From positions 1-60,805 of the forward strand of contig CAZHAG010000003.1 in NCBI GenBank assembly GCA_964529705.1: a stretch of 60,805 nt of DNA, written 5' to 3'. How positions within the stretch are numbered: position 1 is the first letter of the stretch; each line of letters begins with the position of its first letter. This document shows positions 20,590 through 29,948 of the stretch, piece by piece. A program made the translations under genes and the position numbers. The notes under the pieces are model-generated. The model made no database searches. It saw only the letters and a program-made list of their open reading frames with translations, and had not been told where the DNA came from. The stretch comes from an uncultured Gemmatimonas sp. (GTDB taxonomy: Bacteria; Gemmatimonadota; Gemmatimonadetes; Gemmatimonadales; Gemmatimonadaceae).

Positions 20590-21923
20590 CAGCCCTTGGC
20601 CCAGGTGGTGAGGAGCGGCACGAGGCGTTCCAGCTTCACGCCGCGCGAAGCCTTGAGGAGGATGGCCGCGTTCGCAGCGAGGCGGGGCGCGAGGAGCGGC
20701 CAGAGGTCGTCGACGTCGCCGGCGGTGATCACGCGCGCATCCCCCGGCGCGGCGGCCCGGAGCGCCGCGGCGAACTCGCCGATCCCGCACACGAGGTCGT
20801 GCCCCCCGTCGAGCGCCGCCTGCGCGAGCTCGCGATGGGCCCGCTCCGCGTGCGCGCCGAGTTCGCGCATCGTCCCGAGCACCGCAACGCGTTGACGCCC
20901 GCCGCCGACGTCGCGCAACAGGGCGAGCGCGGCGCGCGCCGAGCCGGGGTTGGAGTTGTAGGCGTCGTTCAGCAGGAGCGCGGCCCCCAGCGACTGCACG
21001 GCCGAGCGCATCGGCGGGGCCGGCATCGCGGCGATCCCGCGCGCGGCGTCCGCGGCGGCCACGCCGAACTCCCGCGCCACCGCCAGCGCCAGTGCGGCGT
21101 TCTGCAGGTTGTGCCGCCCGCGCAGCGGGACCTCGACGCGCACGCCGTCGTGCTCGAGCCACCCTCGGCCGTCGGCGTGCAGGTCGTGCGCGCCGAGCGT
21201 CGCCGCGATCACCCGCCCCGCGCGGCGCGTCGCCTCGGCGACCATCGCGCCATCCGCCCCGGGCACCACCGCCACCGGCACTCCCTCGCAGAGCGCCATC
21301 TCCTCGGCCATCACGCCCGCCAGACTCCCGAGCCCCTCGAGGTGTTCCTCCTGCACGGTGGTCACGAGTGCCAGGTCGGGGCGCACGATCTCCCGCAGCG
21401 TGGCGATCTCCCCCGGCTCGTTGGTGCCGCACTCGACCACCGCCACCTCCGCGGCATCCTCGAGCGCGAGAAGGGTGAGCGGCACCCCGATCCGGTTGTT
21501 CAGGTTACCGGTGGTGGCGTGCACCTCGAACCGGCTCCCGAGGGCGGCACGCAGGAGTTCCTTGGTGCTCGTCTTCCCGTTCGAGCCGCCGACGGCGATC
21601 ACGGGATGCCCCCACGCCAACCGGCGATACCGTGCGAGCGCCCCGAGCGCGACCAGGGTGTCCGGCACCTCGAAGACGGGCACCCCGAGCGACGCCGCGC
21701 GCCGCGCGTCGGAGACCACGAGCGCGGCCGCACCGGCCCGCACCGCGTCCGCGAGGAAGTCGTGCGCATCGAAGCGCTCCCCGCGCAGCGCGACGAAGCA
21801 GGCGCCCGGGCCCATCGCGCGCGTGTCGGTGGTGACTCCCGTGATGGCGCGCTCATCGCGGGGGCCACCGCCCAGCGCCTGCGCGATCCGGCGCAGCGAC
21901 CAGAAGGTGCGTTCCGGGATCAC
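20589..21923 (-). CDS. murF: UDP-MurNAc-tripeptide--D-Ala-D-Ala ligase
   Basis: GSNGKTSTK, NLNNRIGVP, NDAYNSNP and LKASRG motifs. Confidence 0.96.
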   Translation of the reverse strand: MIPERTFWSLRRIAQALGGGPRDERAITGVTTDTRAMGPGACFVALRGERFDAHDFLADAVRAGAAALVVSDARRAASLGVPVFEVPDTLVALGALARYRRLAWGHPVIAVGGSNGKTSTKELLRAALGSRFEVHATTGNLNNRIGVPLTLLALEDAAEVAVVECGTNEPGEIATLREIVRPDLALVTTVQEEHLEGLGSLAGVMAEEMALCEGVPVAVVPGADGAMVAEATRRAGRVIAATLGAHDLHADGRGWLEHDGVRVEVPLRGRHNLQNAALALAVAREFGVAAADAARGIAAMPAPPMRSAVQSLGAALLLNDAYNSNPGSARAALALLRDVGGGRQRVAVLGTMRELGAHAERAHRELAQAALDGGHDLVCGIGEFAAALRAAAPGDARVITAGDVDDLWPLLAPRLAANAAILLKASRGVKLERLVPLLTTWAKG

Positions 21924-23434
21924 GGGGCCCCCGCGGCCGCGAGTTCCTGCACGATCACCTTCTCGTCGAACGGGAAGGTCTCGCGCCCGCGGATCTGGTA
22001 GGTCTCGTGCCCCTTCCCCGCCAGGAGCACCACGTCGCGCGCGGGATCGGCGAGGGCGATCGCGTGCGCGATCGCCGCGCGGCGATCCTCGATCCGGTCG
22101 AAGCTCCCTGGCGCGAGCGGCGCCACGATCTCGTCGATGATCCGCTCCGGATCCTCGGTGCGGGGATTGTCGCTGGTGACCACGATCCGGTCGGCATGAT
22201 CACGCGCGGCGATCGCCATGAGCGGGCGCTTCCCGCGGTCGCGGTCGCCGCCGCAGCCGAAGAGCGCGATCAGGCGCCCCGCCGTGAAGGGCCGGAGCGC
22301 GACGAGCGCGCGCTCCAGCGCATCCGGGGTGTGGGCGTAGTCGCGGATCACGGTGGGACGTTCGCGCAGCATCTCGAGGCGGCCGGGCACCTGCGGCAGC
22401 GTGGCGAGGCGGGCGGCCACGGCGGCCGGCGCCTCGCCGAACGCGATCGCGGCCGCCGCGGCGCCGAGGGCGTTCGCCACGTTGAAGTCGCCGATCAGCG
22501 GGAGCCGGAAGGACACCGACCCGCTCGCCGTGTGCAGCATGCCGGCGCTCCCCCGCGGCGAGTACGTCACGTCGCTGGCGCGCACGTCGGCGCGCGCGGT
22601 CAGGCCGAAGCGGAGCGTGCGCGGCGCCGCGGGGAGGCGCGCCCACGCGGCGTCATCCGCGTTCACCACCGCCGTGGCACCGGGGGCGAGCAGGCCCACG
22701 AGCCGCGCCTTGGCGGCGAGGTACGCGTCCATCGTGCCGTGGTAGTCGAGGTGATCGCGGGTGAGGTTCGTGAAGACCGCCGCGGCGAACGCGACGCCGA
22801 GCACGCGTTGCTGGTGGAGTGCGTGCGACGAGACCTCCATCGCGACCGACCGCACCCCGGCGTCCACCAGCGCGCGCAGCGTGCGCTGCAGTTCCACGGG
22901 CCCCGGCGTCGTGAGCCCCGCACCGCCAGGGAGCGGCTCCCCCGCACTGCCGACCAGCACGCCGAGCGTGCCGATGCTCGCCGCGCGCGCACCCTCGGTG
23001 TCCAGCAGGTGGCGGAGGATCCCCACCGTCGTCGTCTTGCCATTCGTGCCGGTGACGCCGACCACGCGGAGCGCGCGCGCTGGCTCGCCGTAGAAGGCCG
23101 CGGCGGCGATCGCGGCGGCGACGCGGCCTTCGCGCACGACGAGCACGGGGAGCGTGGTCGCGCCGGCGTCCTCGACGATGGCGCAGGACGCCCCCGCGCG
23201 CTCAGCGTCCGCGAGGTACGCGTGGCCATCACCTGCGGTGCCGCGCACCGCGACGAAGCAACTGCCGGCCGAGACCTGTCGGCTGTCGTCCGTAAGGCCC
23301 GTGACGACGTCGACGGTCGCGCCCCGCGCCTCGACCAACTGCCCCGCGCGCCCCAGCGCCTCTCGGATCCGCGCGAGAGGGATCGGCACCGCGCGCGTCG
23401 CCGCGCGCCTGGACGCGCCGGGGTCCACCGTCAC
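21920..23434 (-). CDS. murE: UDP-MurNAc-dipeptide--meso-DAP ligase
   Basis: GTNGKTT, MEVSSH, NLTRDHLDYH, DNPR (DAP specificity) and AGKGHE motifs. Confidence 0.97.
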   Translation of the reverse strand: MTVDPGASRRAATRAVPIPLARIREALGRAGQLVEARGATVDVVTGLTDDSRQVSAGSCFVAVRGTAGDGHAYLADAERAGASCAIVEDAGATTLPVLVVREGRVAAAIAAAAFYGEPARALRVVGVTGTNGKTTTVGILRHLLDTEGARAASIGTLGVLVGSAGEPLPGGAGLTTPGPVELQRTLRALVDAGVRSVAMEVSSHALHQQRVLGVAFAAAVFTNLTRDHLDYHGTMDAYLAAKARLVGLLAPGATAVVNADDAAWARLPAAPRTLRFGLTARADVRASDVTYSPRGSAGMLHTASGSVSFRLPLIGDFNVANALGAAAAAIAFGEAPAAVAARLATLPQVPGRLEMLRERPTVIRDYAHTPDALERALVALRPFTAGRLIALFGCGGDRDRGKRPLMAIAARDHADRIVVTSDNPRTEDPERIIDEIVAPLAPGSFDRIEDRRAAIAHAIALADPARDVVLLAGKGHETYQIRGRETFPFDEKVIVQELAAAGAP

Positions 23435-25416
23435 TGGCGCGCCGCGAGCCGCACCATCGTGCCGGCCGGGAGCAGGGTGCCGGCACTCGGACTCGTGAGG
23501 GGCGCCTCGGAGGCGCGCACGACGGAGACCCGGAATCCCGCGCGGTGCAGCTCCCGGACCGCTCGCCGCGTGGGCAGCCCGCGCACGTCGGGCACCGCGC
23601 GCGCGCTCCGCACCCGCTTCGGCTCGGGCAGCTCCGTCCCCAGTTCGATCACGAAGGGCGTGCCGGCCGACTGGACCTCCTCCACGCCCTCCACGTCCTC
23701 GATCGCCGCGGCAGCGCTCGCGACCTCGGCCGCGCGTGCCGCCTCGGGCGGACGCACCTGCGGCCCGGCGAGCCGCCGGGGGTCGAGCGCCGCATCACGC
23801 GCAGCGATCACGGCGGTGAGCACCGCCTTCGTCACCGGCGCCGCGGTGCGGCCGCCGTAGTAGGCCCCGTCGGGATCGTCGAGTTTCACCAGGATCACCA
23901 GCTCGGGCGACTCCGCGGGAAAGAGCCCCACGAAGCTCGCCGTGTATGCCCCTTCCTCATACCCGCTGCCGTCGGTCTTGACGCGGCGCGCCGTGCCCGA
24001 CTTGCCCGCCACCTCGTAGGAGGCCAGCTCGGCGGAGGTCGCCGTCCCCGACGCCACGACATCGCGCAGGAGGCCGAGCATCGTGCGCGCCGTCTCCTCG
24101 GTCATGATGCGGCGCACCACGCGGCGTCCCGCCCGGAACTCGACCTCGCCGTCCGGCGTCCGGATCTCCTTCACCAGCACGGGCTCCAGCAGCTCACCGC
24201 CGTTCGCGATGGCGCCATAGGCCATCGCGAGTTGCAGCGGCGTCACCGCGATCTCGTATCCCATCGCCAGCGACGCCGGCGACTGGCGCGACCACTCGCG
24301 CGGCGGACGGAGGCGGCCCTGCGACTCGCTCGGATACGGCACGCCCGTGGTCATCCCGAATCCCGCGTCCCGCAGCGTCTCGTACTGTTCGCGGGGCGTG
24401 AGTCGCTCGGCGAACTGGGCCATCCCGATGTTCGACGAGTAGCGCACCACCTCGGCGAAGCTCATGGCGCGCGCCCGGTGGATGTCCGTGATGACGCGGC
24501 CGTTGAGCTTGAAGGTGCCGTTGTGCGTGTCCACCGAGTCGGTCAGTCGTGCGCGTCCGCGCTCCAGCAGGGCCGCGGCGATGAAGGGCTTGAGCGTTGA
24601 GCCCGGCTCGTAGGGCTCGGTGAGGGCCGTCGCGCCGGACGCATCGGCGCGCGCGCGCCGGCTCGCGAGCGCCCGGACCTCCCCCGTGTGGGGGTCGAGC
24701 ACCACGATGTCACCACCGCGGGCGTTCATCTCGGCGATCGCGTCGGCGAGCGCGCGTTCCGCGATGTCCTGGAGCCCCTGGTGGAGCGTGAGCACCGCGG
24801 TGCGCCCCGGCGTCGGCGCCTCGAACGCCTCCTCGGGCGAGTTCACCCGCGCGCCGCGGCCGGCGCGCACGAGCACCGAGCGCCCGGCGGTGCCGCGCAG
24901 CACGTCGTCGAGCGACGCCTCGACCCCGCCGACCGCGTCGCCGTCCGCGTCGACGGTGCCCAGGAGCCGGCGGAGGCCGTCGGTCGCGGGTGGCACGCGT
25001 TCCACCACGGGCCGTGGGTGCACGCCGCGCATCGCCACCAGGTCCTCGACGTCCGTCGAGAGGTACCGGCCGGGGAGCTCGACCCACTTGCGGCCGCGGT
25101 CCACGGCACGCCGCACGAACTCCTCGGGCACGCCGATGCGGCGCAGCCCTTTCGCGAGCGCCGTGGCCGACTTCACCTCGGTGGGCGCGACGTCGAGCCG
25201 CACCAGCGCGCGGCTCTCCACCAGCACCACGCCCTCCGCGTCCAGGATCGCGCCGCGGGCCGCCGGGAGCTCGCGCGTCACCGTCTGCTGGCCGCGCGCC
25301 CGCGTGCGCCACTCCTCGGTCTGCCCGAGCTGGACCCAGGCGGCACGGCCGAGCAGGGAGACGGCGAAGACGACGAAGGCGCCGTGGACGACGCCGACGC
25401 GGCTGAGACGGATCAC
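23431..25416 (-). CDS. ftsI: Class B PBP FtsI with C-terminal PASTA-like domain
   Basis: EPGSTLK (SxxK), SSN and KSGTA motifs; C-terminal VPDVRGL. Confidence 0.95.
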   Translation of the reverse strand: MIRLSRVGVVHGAFVVFAVSLLGRAAWVQLGQTEEWRTRARGQQTVTRELPAARGAILDAEGVVLVESRALVRLDVAPTEVKSATALAKGLRRIGVPEEFVRRAVDRGRKWVELPGRYLSTDVEDLVAMRGVHPRPVVERVPPATDGLRRLLGTVDADGDAVGGVEASLDDVLRGTAGRSVLVRAGRGARVNSPEEAFEAPTPGRTAVLTLHQGLQDIAERALADAIAEMNARGGDIVVLDPHTGEVRALASRRARADASGATALTEPYEPGSTLKPFIAAALLERGRARLTDSVDTHNGTFKLNGRVITDIHRARAMSFAEVVRYSSNIGMAQFAERLTPREQYETLRDAGFGMTTGVPYPSESQGRLRPPREWSRQSPASLAMGYEIAVTPLQLAMAYGAIANGGELLEPVLVKEIRTPDGEVEFRAGRRVVRRIMTEETARTMLGLLRDVVASGTATSAELASYEVAGKSGTARRVKTDGSGYEEGAYTASFVGLFPAESPELVILVKLDDPDGAYYGGRTAAPVTKAVLTAVIAARDAALDPRRLAGPQVRPPEAARAAEVASAAAAIEDVEGVEEVQSAGTPFVIELGTELPEPKRVRSARAVPDVRGLPTRRAVRELHRAGFRVSVVRASEAPLTSPSAGTLLPAGTMVRLAARQ

Positions 25417-25703
25417 GGTGTGGCGGTATCCCGGGTGGAGCGTGGCAGACGGATGACGAGACTGTCGGGCGGGATGCGCATCCCGAGGCGCTCCTCGGCG
25501 ATCCGACCCAACCGGGCCCGGCTCGATGCGTCACGGATCGCCCCTTCCAGGGCGGCCTGCTGTGCCTCGAGCGCGGCCCGGCGCTGCCGGAGCTCCCCGA
25601 GCTCGCGCGATTGCGCCTGCCCGGTGCTCCGCCTCCATATGACGCCTGTGGCCACCAGGAAGAAACCGAGGAGTCCCAGGAACACGACCGATCGTCCGCG
25701 CAC
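25413..25703 (-). CDS. ftsL: FtsL-like cell division protein
   Basis: TM, coiled coil and IAEERLGM motif; lies between rsmH and ftsI. Confidence 0.8.
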   Translation of the reverse strand: MRGRSVVFLGLLGFFLVATGVIWRRSTGQAQSRELGELRQRRAALEAQQAALEGAIRDASSRARLGRIAEERLGMRIPPDSLVIRLPRSTRDTATP

Positions 25704-26660
25704 TTACGCCCCCTGCCCCGTTGCCGCCTTCCGCCAGATGCGCAGGTGTGCGCTCCGCGCCCGCGGGTTCGCCGCGATCTCGGCCTCCGACGCGGTCACC
25801 GGCTTGCGCGTCACGAGCGTGCCGAGCGCCACGCCGCCACAGGTGCAGATGGGATGGCGCGGTGGGCAGGTGCAGGCCGTGCTCCACTCCCGGAACGCGT
25901 GCTTCACCAGGCGGTCCTCGCCCGAGTGGTACGCGATGACCGCGAACGAGCCTCCTGGCTCCAGCCGCTCGCGCAGGGTGACGAGTCCGGCGGCGAGTCC
26001 GTCCAGCTCCGCGTTCACCGCGATACGCACGGCCTGGAAGAGCCGCGCGAAGTCCGCCGGGCCGCTGCGCGGCCCGAGCACGGCGCGAATGGCTCCCACG
26101 AGGTCGTCACTCACCGCGAACGGTGCGCGCTCCCTCCGGTGCAGCACCTCGCGCGCGAGACGCCTGGCCTTGGGCTCGTCACCGTAGGCCTTGAAGACGT
26201 GCTCGAGCGCCTCGGCATCCGCGTGGTTGAGCAGGGTCGCCGCGTCCTCGCCCGCGGGAGACATCCGCATGTCGAGCGGCACGCCCGGGCGGAAGGAGAA
26301 GCCGCGCGCGTCGTCGTCGATCTGGCGCGACGAGACACCGAGGTCGAGGAGGATGCCGTCGAACCGCTGGCCGGCGAGCGCTGCGATCTCGTCGACCGCG
26401 TCGTGGTTCCCCTCCACCGCGACGAAGTGCCCCGCGCGCGCCGCGTCCGCCAGTCGCTCGCGCGCCTCGGCGAGTGCGGTGGGGTCGCGGTCCACGCCGG
26501 TGACGTGCACTCCGCGCTCGAGCAGCGCCGCTGCGTGCCCACCCCCTCCCAGCGTGCCGTCGAGCACACGGCGGCACTCCGCCAGCGCATCGCAGACGGC
26601 GTCGACGAGCACCGGCGCATGCCAGGCGGTGTCGTACCGGGAGGTCGAGAGCTCGGTCAT
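25704..26660 (-). CDS. rsmH: 16S rRNA m4C1402 methyltransferase RsmH
   Basis: HAPVL, DGTLGGGGH, DLGVSS, RGFSF, HSGEDR and NPRARSA motifs. Confidence 0.98.
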   Translation of the reverse strand: MTELSTSRYDTAWHAPVLVDAVCDALAECRRVLDGTLGGGGHAAALLERGVHVTGVDRDPTALAEARERLADAARAGHFVAVEGNHDAVDEIAALAGQRFDGILLDLGVSSRQIDDDARGFSFRPGVPLDMRMSPAGEDAATLLNHADAEALEHVFKAYGDEPKARRLAREVLHRRERAPFAVSDDLVGAIRAVLGPRSGPADFARLFQAVRIAVNAELDGLAAGLVTLRERLEPGGSFAVIAYHSGEDRLVKHAFREWSTACTCPPRHPICTCGGVALGTLVTRKPVTASEAEIAANPRARSAHLRIWRKAATGQGA

Positions 26661-26693
26661 CCCTCGAAAGATGACATGGGAGCCCCCTGAACG

Positions 26694-26731
26694 CCGACAC
26701 CCGCCGTCGCGCGGGCGACGGCGGGTGTCGG
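26694..26731 (-). terminator. Perfect 17-bp hairpin after the TPR gene, probable terminator
   Basis: CCGACACCCGCCGTCGC-gcgg-GCGACGGCGGGTGTCGG, 21 nt past the stop; U-tract is weak. Confidence 0.6.
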
Positions 26732-26752
26732 GTGATGCCGGTGGTGCGACGC

Positions 26753-28483
26753 CTACGGTGTCGCCTTGCAGAGCGTCTTGACGGCGCCGTCGAGGTACGG
26801 GGAGAGCTGCCCGATCGCCCCGAGGATCTGGCCCGCGGCGTCCGGCGCGGTCTTGCCGCCGGCCTGCGTGTAGATCATCGAGTTGGTGGCGGCCGCCTGT
26901 GCCATCTTCGCCTCGTCGCAGTTCTTGCTCGCCTGGAGCCCCTGCGCGATGCTCGACGCGATGTAGTAGGACGAGACGCCGATGAGGAACTTCGCATTCC
27001 CCTTCGAGTCCGCGTCGACGATGGTGCTGTCGGCGAAGTGGAGGTACGGGAGCGCACGCTCGAACGACGCGGGCTTCTTCGGGTCCTCGGCGACGGCGGC
27101 GCGGTAGAACTTGTTGCCGATGCTGAGCGCGAACTGGCCCACCTGGTCGGCGTTGTCACCCGCGACCTTCGCCTGGCGGAGCGCGGCTAGCGCGCTGTCC
27201 GGCTGGTCGAGTTCGTTGTAGGCGACGGCGATCTGCGTCCACCCGTTCGAGATCTTCGGGTCGATCGCCAGCGCCCGCTTGGCCGCGGCGATGGACTGCT
27301 GCGTCTGGCCGGCGTTCTTGAGCAGCTGGGCGTAGATCTGCCAGCTCCCCGCATCGTTCGGGAACTTGCGCGTGCCGCGGGCCATCGCCTCGGCCGCCTT
27401 CTGCGGCTGGCTGTCGGCCGCGTAGAGCGCCGAGAGGCGCTGGAAGAAGCCGATGTCGGCGAGCGAGGTGTCCATCTGGACCATCTCCTCGCCCGTGGCG
27501 ATCGCCGGCTTGTAGTCGCGGGACGCCGCGAGGATCTTGAACTGGAGCGAGACGAGCCCCACGTCCCCCGGGTTCTCGGCCACGGCCTTCACCACGATCT
27601 CCTTCGCCACCGTGTAGTTGCCGCTCGCCGCGAGCCCGTCCACGACCTGGGTCGCGAGGTTCGCGTTCGTCGGGTCGGTCGCGAGGAGTCGCACCATCAG
27701 GGTGTTGGCCTCATCGATGTTCCCGGCCGCCTTCTGCGCGTCCGCCGCGATCGCGAGCGCGTTCTTGGAGTTCGGGTCGATCGCGAGGATCTCGTTGGCC
27801 ATCGCGAGGAGCTGTTCCTGCGACGCCTTCTGGCGCACGAGCACGTTCAGCTTGCAGTAGCGCACGAGCGTCGCGTTCGGATAGTCGGCGATCCCCTCGT
27901 CCGCCGCCTTCACCGCCTCGGCGTACTTCTCGCTGCGGGCGAGGTCGATGCACTTCTTCTCGTTGTCGAGCTGCTTGCGCGCGTCCTGGATGGAGCGCAC
28001 GAGGTCCGAGACCGCGCGGTCGGGGCGGTTGCCCTCGGACGGGGGCAGCGGCTGCGAGAGGGAGTTGTCGCGGGTCAGCACGAGCCACGCGTCCACGCGG
28101 TAGACATCCCCGACCTTGGTCACCTGGCCGCGGATGTAGTCGTCGGCGCGCATGATCTTCGCGAGCTGCGCCTCGTCGCTGCGGCCGAGCTGCTCGTTCG
28201 GGTTGTACCCGGACTGCTGGAGGAACTGGATCAGGTCCTCGCGGCCGATGACGTGGAGGGCGCGGGGCGGGAAGGCGCGCGCCAGGCGATCGCGCAGCGC
28301 GTCGGCGGCCTCGGGGCCGGCGACCTTGTCCGCGGACCGGAAGACCTGGACGAGCATCTTCGGCGTGTTGGGGCCGGGCCCCTGCCGCGCAGGCTGCGCG
28401 CTGGCGGCGGTGGCCCCGAGGACGGCCGCCGCAAGGGCGATCGTGGCAAGGGAGCGGGCGTCAAGCCGAGCCTTCACGGTCAT
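26753..28483 (-). CDS. Exported TPR-repeat protein
   Basis: GGAGGAG RBS; signal peptide (ASAQ); TPR-like helical repeats (AIDPNS, AENPGD, AIDPKIS). Confidence 0.8.
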   Translation of the reverse strand: MTVKARLDARSLATIALAAAVLGATAASAQPARQGPGPNTPKMLVQVFRSADKVAGPEAADALRDRLARAFPPRALHVIGREDLIQFLQQSGYNPNEQLGRSDEAQLAKIMRADDYIRGQVTKVGDVYRVDAWLVLTRDNSLSQPLPPSEGNRPDRAVSDLVRSIQDARKQLDNEKKCIDLARSEKYAEAVKAADEGIADYPNATLVRYCKLNVLVRQKASQEQLLAMANEILAIDPNSKNALAIAADAQKAAGNIDEANTLMVRLLATDPTNANLATQVVDGLAASGNYTVAKEIVVKAVAENPGDVGLVSLQFKILAASRDYKPAIATGEEMVQMDTSLADIGFFQRLSALYAADSQPQKAAEAMARGTRKFPNDAGSWQIYAQLLKNAGQTQQSIAAAKRALAIDPKISNGWTQIAVAYNELDQPDSALAALRQAKVAGDNADQVGQFALSIGNKFYRAAVAEDPKKPASFERALPYLHFADSTIVDADSKGNAKFLIGVSSYYIASSIAQGLQASKNCDEAKMAQAAATNSMIYTQAGGKTAPDAAGQILGAIGQLSPYLDGAVKTLCKATP

Positions 28484-28550
28484 CTCCTCCAAGTCGTTGA
28501 CTTTCATACCCCGGATACCACTCGAACGGTTCCCTGCCCAAGTGCGGGGA

Positions 28551-28624
28551 TGGGCGAAGAGGGATTCGAACCCCCGACACCCTGCGTGTAAGGCAGGTGC
28601 TCTAACCAGCTGAGCTATTCGCCC
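28551..28624 (-). tRNA. tRNA-Val (TAC)
   Basis: GGGCGAATAGCTCAGCTGGTTAGAGCACCTGCCTTACACGCAGGGTGTCGGGGGTTCGAATCCCTCTTCGCCCA folds as a cloverleaf; CCA is not encoded. Confidence 0.97.
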
Positions 28625-28673
28625 CGTCCGGACTGCGGAACCGTCCGCCGGCCGAGCCGTCTGCTGCCGATGC

Positions 28674-28853
28674 CTACTTCAGGATCGCGATGGGGATCAG
28701 GACGCAGTACCCCGCCACCAGCAGGATCGGGGCCACCGTCATCCCGCCCCGCCAGAGGTCCGCGTACCCGATCACCAGCGCGGCGATGGCCAGCCCCCAC
28801 CACAAGGAGGGCCGGGAGGCCAGCGAGCCGCGTACGCTCTCCGATGATGTCAT
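28674..28853 (-). CDS. 59-aa two-TM membrane protein (DUF3098-like), absent from the ORF track
   Basis: Hand translation: MTSSESVRGSLASRPSLWWGLAIAALVIGYADLWRGGMTVAPILLVAGYCVLIPIAILK. A consensus promoter lies directly upstream. Confidence 0.7.
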   Translation of the reverse strand: MTSSESVRGSLASRPSLWWGLAIAALVIGYADLWRGGMTVAPILLVAGYCVLIPIAILK

Positions 28854-28862
28854 AGAGGGTGG

Positions 28863-28891
28863 AGTTTAGGTCCGGCCGCTGGACGTGTCAA
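28863..28891 (-). promoter_or_regulatory. Sigma70-type promoter for the small ORF and tRNA-Val
   Basis: TTGACA-17 nt-TAAACT on the minus strand. Confidence 0.75.
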
Positions 28892-28908
28892 CCAAATCCG
28901 CGGCGCCT

Positions 28909-29937
28909 TCACGAACCCTTAATGCGGCCTCCCTCCGGCCCATCCGCGGGATCATCGACCACCTCACCGAGCAGCGCGGCGAGCGCGCTCTCCCGCTCGC
29001 GCGCCTCCTGCGCGGCGTCCGCCTGCCGCAACCGTTCAAGTCGTGCCTGCTGGCGCTTCCGGCGCTGCCACCAGAGTGGCCCGAGCAGCAGCACGAGGAC
29101 GAGGGAGAGCACCGTCAAGTCGGCAGCGAGCGCCAGCGCGCCGTACTGCCGCCGCACCCGCCCGCGCCACTCCTTCTCGAAGTCGGCGGCAGTCATGCCG
29201 AACGCGCTGCGCAGCGCGCGCTCGAACGAGCCCTGCGTCCGCCAATACTCGAAGAAAAGCACGAGCCCCCGTTCCCGGTCGATCGAGGCGAGCGCGGCCA
29301 CCGCGTGGTGTGCGAGTGCGTACGAGCGCTGCGCGCGCTCGGTCCCCTGGTAGAAGCCGGAGTCCAAGCCCGCGAGCGTGGGGAGCCCCCGCCAGACGAG
29401 CCCGACGCTCGTGGCGATCACCTCCTGCCGGCCCCACTCCCCCGCCGCGAACGAGGCGTACCCCTCGTCGAACCAGCGGGGCACCCCCGCGCCGAGCGCC
29501 TCGTGGAGCGCGAGGTGGGCGAGCTCGTGGCGCAGCGTGACCACCGGATCGCCGGCGCCCGCGCCGGCGTCGCGCCCCTGCATCACGATGCGCTGTTCGA
29601 ACGGGAACGCGATCGCCGCGCCCCACTCCGGGGCGCCCACGCCGATCCATTCGCGGAATCTCCGGTCGTCGGGCGCGAGCAGGAGCGTCACCGCGGCCCG
29701 CGGGCGCGGGAGTCCGGGAAAGGTGTCGCGCGCGAGCGCCGCCTCGAGCAGCGACCGCGCGAGCCGCTCCTCGTCGGCGTACGCGTAGAGCGTGAAGCGA
29801 CCGCCGGCGAAGCGCGTGGCGCCTGGGGGAGTGAGCGCCTGCGCCCGGAAGGCGGGTGTCCCTGCCGCGCTGAGCGCGCCGACTGCGACGAGCGCGACGA
29901 CCGCGGCGACCGCGGCGAGTGCCGCACCCCGCCGCAC
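28909..29937 (-). CDS. Peptidase MA-like zinc metalloprotease, membrane anchored
   Basis: Signal peptide; LRHELAH (HExxH) and PRWFDEGYA motifs; C-terminal TM followed by a basic segment. Confidence 0.8.
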   Translation of the reverse strand: MRRGAALAAVAAVVALVAVGALSAAGTPAFRAQALTPPGATRFAGGRFTLYAYADEERLARSLLEAALARDTFPGLPRPRAAVTLLLAPDDRRFREWIGVGAPEWGAAIAFPFEQRIVMQGRDAGAGAGDPVVTLRHELAHLALHEALGAGVPRWFDEGYASFAAGEWGRQEVIATSVGLVWRGLPTLAGLDSGFYQGTERAQRSYALAHHAVAALASIDRERGLVLFFEYWRTQGSFERALRSAFGMTAADFEKEWRGRVRRQYGALALAADLTVLSLVLVLLLGPLWWQRRKRQQARLERLRQADAAQEARERESALAALLGEVVDDPADGPEGGRIKGS

Positions 29938-29948
29938 GGCCCGGCGGA

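Noticed and set aside
13567-21432. Apparent fusions or long N-terminal extensions on ftsQ, murG, ftsW, murD and mraY (also recG, ileS and the DUF4388 ORFs)
   Set aside because: ORF-caller artefacts; the true starts overlap the upstream stop codons.
28551-28624. tRNA as an island integration site
   Set aside because: No integrase, no duplicated tRNA 3' end and no compositional shift nearby.
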